The translations under genes and the position numbers were made by a program. A stretch of 64,000 bases of DNA from a virus: IMG/VR virus record IMGVR_UViG_3300032431_000008, positions 74 through 64,073 of that record. The stretch is one strand, 5' to 3'. Below are positions 39,678 through 48,253 of the stretch, piece by piece (the stretch's first letter is position 1; every line of letters starts with the position of its first letter). The notes below the pieces were generated by a model that did not search any database, had not been told where the DNA came from, and saw only the letters and a program-made list of their open reading frames with translations.

Positions 39678-39940
39678 GGCGTGCTTTTATTTATTGGCTT
39701 TTTATCTACCAGAAATGGCCGATAAAGCCCCTAGCCAAGAATCTGTGGGCGCTTTGGTATGCGATTAAAGATTTGGCGTGCGCTCTCTGGAAACTGGCGG
39801 TGATACCGTTCGCACCCGTAGCTTGCGCGCTCGCCATGCTCGCCGACGCAAAGATTCGCGCACAGGTAATAGAGATGCACGCCAGCCGCGCAACGCCGCG
39901 TAAGACCGCCGACATTATCGGCACAATTTCATATCGCTAA
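39620..39940 (+). CDS. Cassette 1 ORF (hydrophobic), antisense to attC
   Basis: Stop TAA lies within CGCTAAC; N-terminus shared with 39982. Confidence 0.65.
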   Translation: MNPNEKPAAEMASLHRLVSGRAFIYWLFIYQKWPIKPLAKNLWALWYAIKDLACALWKLAVIPFAPVACALAMLADAKIRAQVIEMHASRATPRKTADIIGTISYR

Positions 39941-40039
39941 CAAAACAGATCAGAGAGCCAACCCCCAACCCTAGAATAACTATGAACCCAAACGAAAAAC
40001 CTGCCGCTCAAATGGCTTCTCTGCATCGCATGGTTAGGC
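39935..40039 (-). mobile_element. Integron attC site (105 bp)
   Basis: R'' GCCTAAC +5 + L'' GATGCAGA ... L' TCTGATC +6 + R' GTTAGCG; two extrahelical bases. Confidence 0.88.
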
Positions 40040-40326
40040 ACGGTGTATTTTCGGAATTGAAGTGTGATTGCCCGCATCGAAAGGACTGGCGAAATAATGC
40101 GGGCGGCGACATGTCCGACTGCACTCTGCACGACTCGGGAAATCTGCCGCCTTGCATACCGGAAATCTGCCCACTGTTTAACAGCGACGACCCCAAAGGC
40201 GATCACGACAATATGCGGACGGAAGAGGAAGTGGAGGGAACATGGCTTCCGCCTAACAATCGCAGTCAGCGAGCCGTGAACCCCGCTTCGACAAGCAAAA
40301 GCGACGAGCATACGGCTTCGCTGTAG
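39982..40326 (+). CDS. Cassette 2 ORF (Cys-rich), antisense to attC
   Basis: Starts in the loop of one attC and ends in the L box of the next. Confidence 0.6.
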   Translation: MNPNEKPAAQMASLHRMVRHGVFSELKCDCPHRKDWRNNAGGDMSDCTLHDSGNLPPCIPEICPLFNSDDPKGDHDNMRTEEEVEGTWLPPNNRSQRAVNPASTSKSDEHTASL

Positions 40327-40339
40327 TGCTTGGTTGGGC
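40251..40339 (-). mobile_element. Integron attC site (89 bp)
   Basis: R'' GCCCAAC +5 + L'' ACTACAGC-GAAGCCGT ... ACGGCTC-L' GCTGACT +6 + R' GTTAGGC. Confidence 0.85.
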
Positions 40340-40363
40340 TCCGTAATTCCGAAATAAAAAACC

Positions 40364-40678
40364 ATGACTACATACCAAATACGCAACGCCCAGCTCGACG
40401 GCATCTACATTGACTTCGTAGATGAACAAGTAGCCGCCCACTATTGGCGCGGAAATATCGAAAATTGCAGCGACACCGACTCCCGCAAGGGTGCCGTTAT
40501 GGGCCGCTACACCCGTGAAAGCGAAGCCGAGGCAGACCGCGCGCGCCTCGACTGGCTCGATGGAAACAGGAGTGCGGCGCTCTCAGCGAGACGATTCATC
40601 CGCGACGTTATCGACGACCACCGCAAGCTCAGGCTTAGCGAGTTCGTGCAGCTTTTGCCTCTGCCCAACAAGGAGTAG
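40364..40678 (+). CDS. Cassette 3 ORF
   Basis: Bounded by GTTGGGC (40333) and GCCCAAC (40663). Confidence 0.65.
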   Translation: MTTYQIRNAQLDGIYIDFVDEQVAAHYWRGNIENCSDTDSRKGAVMGRYTRESEAEADRARLDWLDGNRSAALSARRFIRDVIDDHRKLRLSEFVQLLPLPNKE

Positions 40679-40734
40679 CCGTAAATCTTTCCACCTATCC
40701 CGCGAAAAAGTCCACCGTCACCTGTTCTCACCCC

Positions 40735-41070
40735 ATGAAACGCACCCCCATTAAGAAAGTAAAAAGCAAGAGGGCCAAGGAATTGCGCGAGTATTCCAAG
40801 CTACGCGAAGCCTACCTTGCTGCCCACCCCCATTGCCAAGCGACGATACGGCTGAATGGGCTGAACGAGGCGGAGGTGATTGAGCGTCACGGGCATTATG
40901 GCACTGGCTTTATGGTGCCACTGGCCACGGAGATTCACCACGTAGGCAAGCGATACGGTTCCCGGTTAAACGATACGGCAAAGTGGCTGGCCGTGTGCCG
41001 GACCATGCACATAGCTATCGAGCAGGATAAGACCTGGGCTCGGACGAATGGCCTGCTTGACAACTACTGA
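40735..41070 (+). CDS. Small HNH-fold protein
   Basis: HPHCQ...ATEIHH...WLAVCRTMH. Confidence 0.7.
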   Translation: MKRTPIKKVKSKRAKELREYSKLREAYLAAHPHCQATIRLNGLNEAEVIERHGHYGTGFMVPLATEIHHVGKRYGSRLNDTAKWLAVCRTMHIAIEQDKTWARTNGLLDNY

Positions 41071-41096
41071 GCAGGGTAGCAGGTTCGAGGTGAACC

Positions 41097-41357
41097 ATGA
41101 AACAACAGCCTAGACCGACCCGGAAACAGTTTATGAAGCGCGTCCAAGTGGACATTGCAAAGCTTGAGCAGGACGCGGCGGTGCCCCGCATGATGGCAGA
41201 AGCTTTGTGCTGGCACTTTGAGCTTAGCTCCGACCGCATTGGCGAGATTGTAAATGCGTATCTTGGATGGATAGAAGCTGGCGGTAAGCCGGTGGAGCGG
41301 GTGAATGAACAAGACCTTCCAGTAATCCATGGAGTCGTATGCCCGCCGCTCGTTTAA
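41097..41357 (+). CDS. Hypothetical protein
   Basis: ORF track. Confidence 0.6.
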   Translation: MKQQPRPTRKQFMKRVQVDIAKLEQDAAVPRMMAEALCWHFELSSDRIGEIVNAYLGWIEAGGKPVERVNEQDLPVIHGVVCPPLV

Positions 41358-41777
41358 CCAGTGGCCAACTCGAAAAAGTCTTGTCCCGTAGTGGCTACGC
41401 TATTACAGGCGGCACTGTTGCCAAGCCATGCCTACCCCGTGAAGGTAGTAATACCGATCCGTTGCCCGAGTTGGAATGCTATCTTGACGGCGGGGCATTG
41501 GCAAAGGGCGAAGATAAAAAAGCAAGTGCAGGCCGCTTTCTTGTCAGGGTTAAAGTCTTTCGGAAGCGATTCATTGACCCCGATAACGTCAGCCTTAAAT
41601 ACGCAATTGACTGCCTACGTTACGGAAGCATTTTGCCGGATGATAGAGCAGAAGACATTAAGCTCGAAATCGAGGAGCAAATCAAAGTCAAAACCGACGC
41701 AGAAGAAAGAATTGAAATCGAAATCTACGGGCCTGATTCCGTGGAAGCCAAGCAAGCGAACCAAAGGTAAACCATGA
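41339..41777 (+). CDS. RusA-like Holliday junction resolvase spread over two overlapping frames
   Basis: Frame 41339: RKRFIDPDNVSLKYAIDCL...PDD; frame 41361: IPIRCPSWN...HWQRAKIKK. Confidence 0.7.
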
Positions 41778-41977
41778 GCATCCATATTGTCCCACGATGC
41801 GACAGGATTGAGCACACCCCTTGCGGCAGTTGCTGCAATGCCTTTACGGATGAGGAAGGGATAGTAAACCACCATAGCGCAGATAAGCGGGAACAATTTG
41901 AGCGCGTTGGAATACGCAGCAAAGGGTGGGAGATACGCATGTGCTTTGATGACGAAGTAAAATACGATTGGGAGTAA
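41774..41977 (+). CDS. Small His/Cys-rich phage protein
   Basis: HIVP..D.IEH...C.C...VNHHSADKRE. Confidence 0.65.
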   Translation: MSIHIVPRCDRIEHTPCGSCCNAFTDEEGIVNHHSADKREQFERVGIRSKGWEIRMCFDDEVKYDWE

Positions 41978-41983
41978 CAATTT

Positions 41984-42436
41984 ATGAGCGCAATATATGC
42001 AGTCCAAAGGACAACGGATCTTGGTTCAGTGGAGTGCCAGGAGTTCCTAAGAACTAACCGCTATTCCAAGCGCGGGTTTAGGACGCGCAAGTATTCCATT
42101 CTGCAACTTGACCAATCGGTTAAACACGCCGCTACCCACGGGTATGCTGCCGCGCAAGAGGTGACAGGCGTAAGCATACACAGTATCAAGAAGCACGCGC
42201 TGTCGATAAATCGCCGTGGCAAGGACTCGGCGCAGGTTGCGCGTGAGTTTGTGGGCCGCAAGTATGAGGCGCGCCAACTTACCTATGCCATTGAGCGGGC
42301 CATAAAGCTGCAACGGGCTGGGGCTGGCTCCATGAACAAGTGCCTAGAGAAGGCGGCGGGGCTTTGCGGTGTGAGCTACGCTTACCTGCGGGTGATCTAC
42401 TCGAAGGAGTTGGTGCCGTTTAACACCAACCCGTAA
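41984..42436 (+). CDS. Putative HTH protein
   Basis: YAAAQEVTGVSIHSIKKH. Confidence 0.55.
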   Translation: MSAIYAVQRTTDLGSVECQEFLRTNRYSKRGFRTRKYSILQLDQSVKHAATHGYAAAQEVTGVSIHSIKKHALSINRRGKDSAQVAREFVGRKYEARQLTYAIERAIKLQRAGAGSMNKCLEKAAGLCGVSYAYLRVIYSKELVPFNTNP

Positions 42437-42704
42437 GCTACCGGCCTCGTTCGTGGGCAAAGCTGTCGGTGGCGCGGAGGTAGGCGCGGAGTTTCTTTAA
42501 GGGCTTAACTGACTTCACGACCTTTGTGTTCTTGAGCAGGTGGGCGTTGTCCTGTGGGGACAGGTAAAACCCCGCGAAGCCTTCCAAGGGGTAGAGTATG
42601 CTGGGAGGAGGGCGTTTGTTCATGGTGGCGGGTGCGTATGGGGACGGGAGCGGTAATGTCCTCGCCGTCGGCTGCAAGGTCTGCGAGGTATTCACCGAAG
42701 TCTT

Positions 42705-43577
42705 TCATGATATTTTCATGTCGATACACTTGTCCACGAAAGCAGAGCAGGCTTTCTTGAAGTTAACGATGGGTTCTTGTTCTCCGGTGATGGCACTCTT
42801 TGTGGTCCAACCGTTCTTTTTGCTGACGTCAAACCAAGACGTGGCGTGGATGCGCTCTTCGTCGTCGGGATAGGTGGCTTCGGCCCACTCTAGGAAATCG
42901 GTCTCACTGACAGGGCGAATGACGGGCGCGGCGGTGGCGTCGGCTTTGAGGAACGCGGCTAGGGCGATCTTCCAGTTACGAATCGGACGGTCTTTGATGC
43001 GCCAACCGTTGCGCTCGTTGATGGCGAAAAACCGGGCGGCGGCGGCGGGCGCGGCAAAAAGGCGGGCAGATTCTTTTATGACGTCGGAGATCGGAGGCTT
43101 TGATTGCTCTGATTCAAGAGAGAGAGGGGGGCCGACTCGAAGAGTTGGCGTCAGTTCTTTCGGTGCGGACCGGGAAGTTCTCGTCAGTTCCTTCAGTTCT
43201 TCTTTCTTTGTTTCAATCTTTCTTTGTATATCAGTGTCGTGAGTTCCGACCGTTCGGAAACCGCACTCTCTCCTCTCAAGAGGATCAGAATAGACGTTCC
43301 AGCGTTTCCCTTGAAAAAATGAGCCTTTGTCGGAAGGAAGCGTCACAAGTTTCATGTGTCCTGCCTCCGCGAGTTCTTTGAAGATGCGACGGATGACGAC
43401 ATTCCCGATGCCAATCGTCTTCTTTAGTGGCTCAACGCGAATCACCCAATCGTCAGGGAGGCTGAGGAGGTAGGCGAGCATCCCACGTGCTTCAAGGGTA
43501 AGCCCGTTGTTCTGCGCAATGCTGTTGGGGAGAATCGAGAAATCCTTAAGTGGTTTCGATTTGTGGATGGTTTTCAT
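42705..43577 (-). CDS. HTH replication-initiator-like protein
   Basis: DFSILPNSIAQNNGLTLEARGMLAYLLSLPDDW. Confidence 0.75.
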   Translation of the reverse strand: MKTIHKSKPLKDFSILPNSIAQNNGLTLEARGMLAYLLSLPDDWVIRVEPLKKTIGIGNVVIRRIFKELAEAGHMKLVTLPSDKGSFFQGKRWNVYSDPLERRECGFRTVGTHDTDIQRKIETKKEELKELTRTSRSAPKELTPTLRVGPPLSLESEQSKPPISDVIKESARLFAAPAAAARFFAINERNGWRIKDRPIRNWKIALAAFLKADATAAPVIRPVSETDFLEWAEATYPDDEERIHATSWFDVSKKNGWTTKSAITGEQEPIVNFKKACSAFVDKCIDMKIS

Positions 43578-43864
43578 TTGGCTAGGCGGTAAGACTTGAT
43601 TTTGGAAATGCCCGTGTTGGGCTGCTCGGAAAGGAGCAACCCTGATTTCTCAAGACGGGAAATTGCCCGCTGAATCGTGGAGATGGACCAGAAGGGAAAG
43701 AACTCGGACTGGAGTTCCTTGTAACTGGCGATGACCCATGGTTCGCGGTGGTGGGTCATGTTCTGTATGTGCTGTAAGACAATCGCCTCGTTCAGCCCGA
43801 TGGCTAAGGCAAGGGACGCGGTTACTTGCAGGGGTGGTTCCTGGATTAGAAGTGATGTTGTCAT
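43574..43864 (-). CDS. Winged-helix replication-protein-like domain
   Basis: LLIQEPPLQV..SLA..IGLNEAIVLQ...FPFWS.STI.R.I..LEKSGLL. Confidence 0.75.
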   Translation of the reverse strand: MTTSLLIQEPPLQVTASLALAIGLNEAIVLQHIQNMTHHREPWVIASYKELQSEFFPFWSISTIQRAISRLEKSGLLLSEQPNTGISKIKSYRLAK

Positions 43865-43913
43865 AGTGGGCGTGTGTGTTTAACCGCTAAGCTAGCTGGC
43901 TTCTTGGTAGCGG

Positions 43914-43957
43914 AAAACAAAAAGCCCACCGTAGGGCGTCGAAGGCTACGGTGGGCT
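43914..43957 (-). terminator. Intrinsic terminator / attenuator upstream of 43864
   Basis: 12-bp stem AGCCCACCGTAG/CTACGGTGGGCT followed by a U-tract on the minus strand. Confidence 0.75.
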
Positions 43958-44062
43958 CAGAGTGAACGGCGCGGCTGTAAGTCTCCTTACAGTTTCGACG
44001 CCGTTCGGAAGAACCTGATAGAACTGTTCTTTTTGGAACAGGTCAACCAAGTAAGTTAAGAA

Positions 44063-44449
44063 TTACGAAGCGCGTGGTGTTGCTGGTAAAGTGGTCCTTC
44101 GCGCCGACTCAAGGCCGACAGCTTGGCCGCGATAGACTTCCGCTTGATTCTCCAGCTTGTCTTGCAAGTGACGGATCGCTAGCGGAACTGTTGTGCCGGA
44201 TGCCGTCTGCAACCATGGGGCACGAAGGCCATACCCGGCTATGCGGCACTCATAAACCGTGCGCGCCAGCCTTTCCTTCATATCGACCGAAATAGTGGAG
44301 CAGCGATTAAAGCCGCTGGTCCGTATGCCGGTGGCCTTTAAGTCGTAGCCGGGGCCGTCCCACTTGTGGACAGTCCACTGGTAGCCGGGTAGCGCCTTGG
44401 TGAGCGCGGCCCTGAAAGCTTTAATATCTGGTTTAGGTTTAGGATTCAT
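44063..44449 (-). CDS. Hypothetical protein
   Basis: Start refined; upstream motif at 44480. Confidence 0.65.
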   Translation of the reverse strand: MNPKPKPDIKAFRAALTKALPGYQWTVHKWDGPGYDLKATGIRTSGFNRCSTISVDMKERLARTVYECRIAGYGLRAPWLQTASGTTVPLAIRHLQDKLENQAEVYRGQAVGLESARRTTLPATPRAS

Positions 44450-44494
44450 AGTGGTGGAAATTCTTCTGTGGTGATTACAGGTCAATCAAGTAAG

Positions 44495-44902
44495 TTACTT
44501 TTCGGTGGGCATGTTTATGGCGCTATATGCTATTTCAGCCGCTAGCCGGACTTCGCAGGCTTTCTCGTATTTGCGTTGTGCTTCCTCGTATTCTGTCCCG
44601 CTCATTGCCACCACCGAGCATCCTTCAATGACGGCATAGCACAGTTTGCATTCGAGATTGGCGGCATCAACGGCGTCCCGTAGTGCGAGAGTGTCCGGGG
44701 CGGGCACGTTGCTACCGAGGCGTTCCATCTTGGCGATGTATGCCTTAAGCGCGGGGATTCCGCTGGGCTCAATGAGGACGGTATCGGTTGCGTGGACTGG
44801 CAGGTGGTGGTTGGCCGTGATAATCAGGCCGTAGGTGTGGGGGCAGACGGATGCGTAGGCACCGTCGCCAAGGTGGATGGGTTCGGGGAGTGGCGCGTTC
44901 AT
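44495..44902 (-). CDS. Hypothetical protein
   Basis: HLGDGAYAS pattern. Confidence 0.65.
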   Translation of the reverse strand: MNAPLPEPIHLGDGAYASVCPHTYGLIITANHHLPVHATDTVLIEPSGIPALKAYIAKMERLGSNVPAPDTLALRDAVDAANLECKLCYAVIEGCSVVAMSGTEYEEAQRKYEKACEVRLAAEIAYSAINMPTEK

Positions 44903-45312
44903 TTTGCACCTTTCTTTAGGGATTTGTTAAGGGCGTTGCGGGCGGCGTGGGCGTTGAGTGCGGCCTTGTGCTGGGTTTTAATCAGCTTATAGTAGGTAGC
45001 CATTGCTGCCTTAAGCGCTACATCAGCGGAGCCCTTGGAACTGATGGATTGGAAGTGTGCACATCCAGCGGCTTCATGGTATGCCTCGTCTCGAATAGTG
45101 AATGCGTCCTTTGAGTCTTCAAATGCGTCGTTGGCTGCGTTATAGGCGATGATTGCAGAAACTTGTGAGTAAAGCGCGGAGGTAAAATTAAGGAAAGCCG
45201 CGTTTCGCATGGCAGTTACGGTAAGGTAAAGAGCGATTGCGTCGCTAGATTTCTGAGCAAGGCTAGGCTTAGTAGGGGCTGGGCAGGTGGTGGTGGTAGG
45301 CTTTGTTTTCAT
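44899..45312 (-). CDS. Ala-rich helical protein
   Basis: Start refined; upstream motif at 45354. Confidence 0.6.
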   Translation of the reverse strand: MKTKPTTTTCPAPTKPSLAQKSSDAIALYLTVTAMRNAAFLNFTSALYSQVSAIIAYNAANDAFEDSKDAFTIRDEAYHEAAGCAHFQSISSKGSADVALKAAMATYYKLIKTQHKAALNAHAARNALNKSLKKGAK

Positions 45313-45519
45313 GTTGGTTATTGCGTGGTGAAAGTTCGTCTGTGGTAATTGCGGGTCAACCAAGTAAGTTCTTTTTGGGAGTCTCAAGGAACGATTCTTG
45401 GCGGGATGCTTCCTTGGCCACGGCCTCGCTGCGCTCGGCAATCTCGGCCATGGTGGGTAGGCTTTGCTGTTCGGTGGAAGCGAGGTTGAAGTCGGCTGCA
45501 AATAGGTCGGGTTGGTTGT

Positions 45520-45801
45520 TCATGTGGTTAAGCGCTGGCGGTTGCCTGTGCGGTGGAGCAGTCCGGTGATTGCGGCGCAGGAAAATCCAAGCTGGTCGGC
45601 GATGTGTTGGGGGGAGGTGCCTTGATGGAACAGGATTATGGCGTCGGCTTGTTCGGCTTTTGTCATGCGGCGTAGGTCGGTGGGTTTGTCGAGCACTACG
45701 GTATTGAGCGGGGCGGTGAGCATGTGGCGGTATTTGGCAACTAGGTGCTCAAGTGCGCGGACGGTGGAGCTGGCTGGGTGGTCTAGTGTTTCGTGGTTCA
45801 T
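45520..45801 (-). CDS. HTH-containing protein
   Basis: GTSPQHIADQLGFSCAAITGLLHR. Confidence 0.65.
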   Translation of the reverse strand: MNHETLDHPASSTVRALEHLVAKYRHMLTAPLNTVVLDKPTDLRRMTKAEQADAIILFHQGTSPQHIADQLGFSCAAITGLLHRTGNRQRLTT

Positions 45802-45828
45802 TGGTGGGAGGAGGTGGTGGAGTTGGCG

Positions 45829-46023
45829 TTATTTTTGGGAGGTGGTGTAGCGGAGAATTCCGTGGCGGCGGGAGACGAGGGAGACGAGGGACTGAGAGAC
45901 GGCAAGGGCTGCGGCAATCTCAACCTGGGTTGCGGAGGTGCGGGCCATTGCTAGGATGCGTTTGATGGTATCGGCTGGCGTTGGCTGGTGGGCTGGGCGG
46001 GTGGGCGTTGGTTGTGTGTTCAT
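45829..46023 (-). CDS. Small HTH protein
   Basis: ATQVEIAAALAVSQSLVS. Confidence 0.65.
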   Translation of the reverse strand: MNTQPTPTRPAHQPTPADTIKRILAMARTSATQVEIAAALAVSQSLVSLVSRRHGILRYTTSQK

Positions 46024-46087
46024 GGTAGGGCACCGGGAAGCCCCGCCGCTTGTGAAAGCAGGCAGGGCTTAGGGCGGGAGGGTCGGC

Positions 46088-47011
46088 TTACTTTTTGAGC
46101 AGACGGAATGCCTCGGTTTTGTCGATGGTCCGCATGGTGCCGTCTGGCTCCATTACAAGCATGGTGTGGTCAGAGTTGGCCGGGCGGCGTAGGTCTTTTT
46201 GTCCCCACGCGATGACTTCGCCGGGGGTGCAATCAATGCGGAGGAGTCCGTCCTTGCCCCATTTGCCGGTGGAGTCGCCGAAAGTGTAGTCCGGTTTTGC
46301 ACCGGAAGGAAAGGACACCTTGGCAATCCATGGCGCGGAGTAGCGGCGCTCGTTGTAGCTGCCGGTTTCGCGCTCGTAGTAACCGGAGGCGAGACGGGCG
46401 GCGGCGCGTTCGGCCTTGGCGATAACCTTAAGGCGGTCGCTCTCGACCTTGGCGGCGGCGGCGCGGGTTGTGTGCTCGGTGGTGAGGCGGGCGATTTCGG
46501 CGAGGTGCGGGGCGTTGTGAGCCTCAATCAAGGGCGTGATGCGAGCGATGGTTTCGGCCTTGGCGGTGTCGTGCGCGGCGCGGTCAACTCCATCGGGTAG
46601 GTAGTAGTCTGCCAGGTGCCGCACTTCCTGCTTATCCCACGAGTAGGACGGCCCTGCGCCGGTGTGCGTGTTGTGCGTGCAGCTAATGATCGGATCGGCC
46701 TGCCAAGCGGCAAACCGACTTACGTGCTCGGCGAGGGCAGCGGCTTCGCGGTCTGCTTTGGCGGTGATGACTTGCGCCAAGGCGGCGGCAAGGGCGGCGG
46801 GCGTTGCCTCGCTGACTTCGATGGCTGCGCCGTTCATGTTGTTTACGGTGGCAGGTGTGGTTCGCAAATCTAGGATAGAGACTAAGGTCGCCCAATGAAC
46901 GGGCGAGAAGTCGGATGGGCTGACATTAATCTCGACACGAGGGCCAAGGACTAAGCCTTTGAGGAGGGCGGCTTTTTGATCGGTGCTTACGCTGATACTT
47001 AGGGAGTTCAT
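46088..47011 (-). CDS. Hypothetical early protein
   Basis: Long ORF; SYNERRYSAPWIAKV C-terminal domain. Confidence 0.7.
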   Translation of the reverse strand: MNSLSISVSTDQKAALLKGLVLGPRVEINVSPSDFSPVHWATLVSILDLRTTPATVNNMNGAAIEVSEATPAALAAALAQVITAKADREAAALAEHVSRFAAWQADPIISCTHNTHTGAGPSYSWDKQEVRHLADYYLPDGVDRAAHDTAKAETIARITPLIEAHNAPHLAEIARLTTEHTTRAAAAKVESDRLKVIAKAERAAARLASGYYERETGSYNERRYSAPWIAKVSFPSGAKPDYTFGDSTGKWGKDGLLRIDCTPGEVIAWGQKDLRRPANSDHTMLVMEPDGTMRTIDKTEAFRLLKK

Positions 47012-47111
47012 TTTAGTTTTGTTATGCCATAGCGTGATTGCTAGGCACCGGGAAGCCCCGCCGCGCCGTTTTACGGGCAAGGGCGGGGCTGGGGGCTGTG
47101 TTGGTATGGGG

Positions 47112-47381
47112 CTATGCCATGGAGGCGGGGATTGGTTCGTTGGCTGTGGTTAGTTGAGTTTCGGCATATTTTGCACGTCCTCTGCGGTCTTGCTCGGAGC
47201 GGAAAGCCATAAGTTTTGCGCGTAGGTCTTTACGAAGTGCCGCACGATCAGCGGCGGGAGTCGGTGATTTGCTGTATTTGTCGCCTCTTGCGCCGATGGA
47301 CTCAATGTTACGTAGCCTGTCATAAATGGATGTTTCGCTGCGGTATAGTTCAAGGTCGGTTAAATTTAAAAGTGTGTTCAT
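47112..47381 (-). CDS. Hypothetical early protein
   Basis: ORF track; repeated leader. Confidence 0.55.
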   Translation of the reverse strand: MNTLLNLTDLELYRSETSIYDRLRNIESIGARGDKYSKSPTPAADRAALRKDLRAKLMAFRSEQDRRGRAKYAETQLTTANEPIPASMA

Positions 47382-47731
47382 GGGCGTTCTTGTTGTGTGG
47401 GTTATTGGTCAAGTATCTGGAAAGCGTCGGCAAGGGCGCGGGCAATCTCGTCCTCGTCGGCGTTGCGGGGAAGCGGGGGGAGGTCGGCAAGGCGCAAATA
47501 TTGGTTGGCCTCGGTGGTGGTGGTGGTTGGCATGGGATTAGCGGCGATATGGGGTGGCGTTCCACTGTGCGCCGGTCATGCGGATGACTTTGCCGGGGTC
47601 GCTGCGAGCAAGGGCGTGGGCGTCGCGTTTGGCGTTCGCACCACAAAAGGCGTAGTCAGAGCGGCGAGCGTTAAAGCGGACTATGTAATAGATTCGGGCG
47701 TCGTTGTTCATGGCGTTCTTGTTGTGTAGGA

Positions 47732-48073
47732 TTAGGCTGCGGGAAAGCGGGATTTAAAAGCGGCAAGTAAAAGGTCTGCGGCGGTGATGGGGTCGCTGTT
47801 CTTGGCGGCAAGGGCTGCGAGGGCGTAGGCGTGCCAGCGTTCGGCGTCGGCTGGTGTGGGGGGTGGGGCGGGGGCTTTAGTGGACTCAATATGTGCTTCC
47901 ATGGCGGCGTTTAGTGCTGTTAGGGCATCGCGGCGAAGTGCAAAGGTGGCTGTCACGGCGTCGTATTGAGGGGAGCTGAGCGGCGTTCCATCGGCTGCGT
48001 TGAGGGCGTTGTCATAGGCATTGGCTGCGAGTTCGTAGGCGATGACGGCTTGCTGGTAGGCGGTGGTGGTCAT
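47732..48073 (-). CDS. Ala-rich helical early protein
   Basis: ORF track. Confidence 0.6.
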   Translation of the reverse strand: MTTTAYQQAVIAYELAANAYDNALNAADGTPLSSPQYDAVTATFALRRDALTALNAAMEAHIESTKAPAPPPTPADAERWHAYALAALAAKNSDPITAADLLLAAFKSRFPAA

Positions 48074-48253
48074 GGCGTGATGGTGGCAAGGGTGAGGAAG
48101 GCGAGGGCGAGGGCTGCGAGGGCGTAGGGCAGGCGGCGGGCGAGCCGGTGGGACTGGCGGACCTGGGCGCGGTTCGCGCGGCGTTGCTGGGCGGTGGTGG
48201 TGTGGGCGTGGTGCATGGGTGGGTGGGAGAGATTTGACTAAAGGGCTTTAGCG

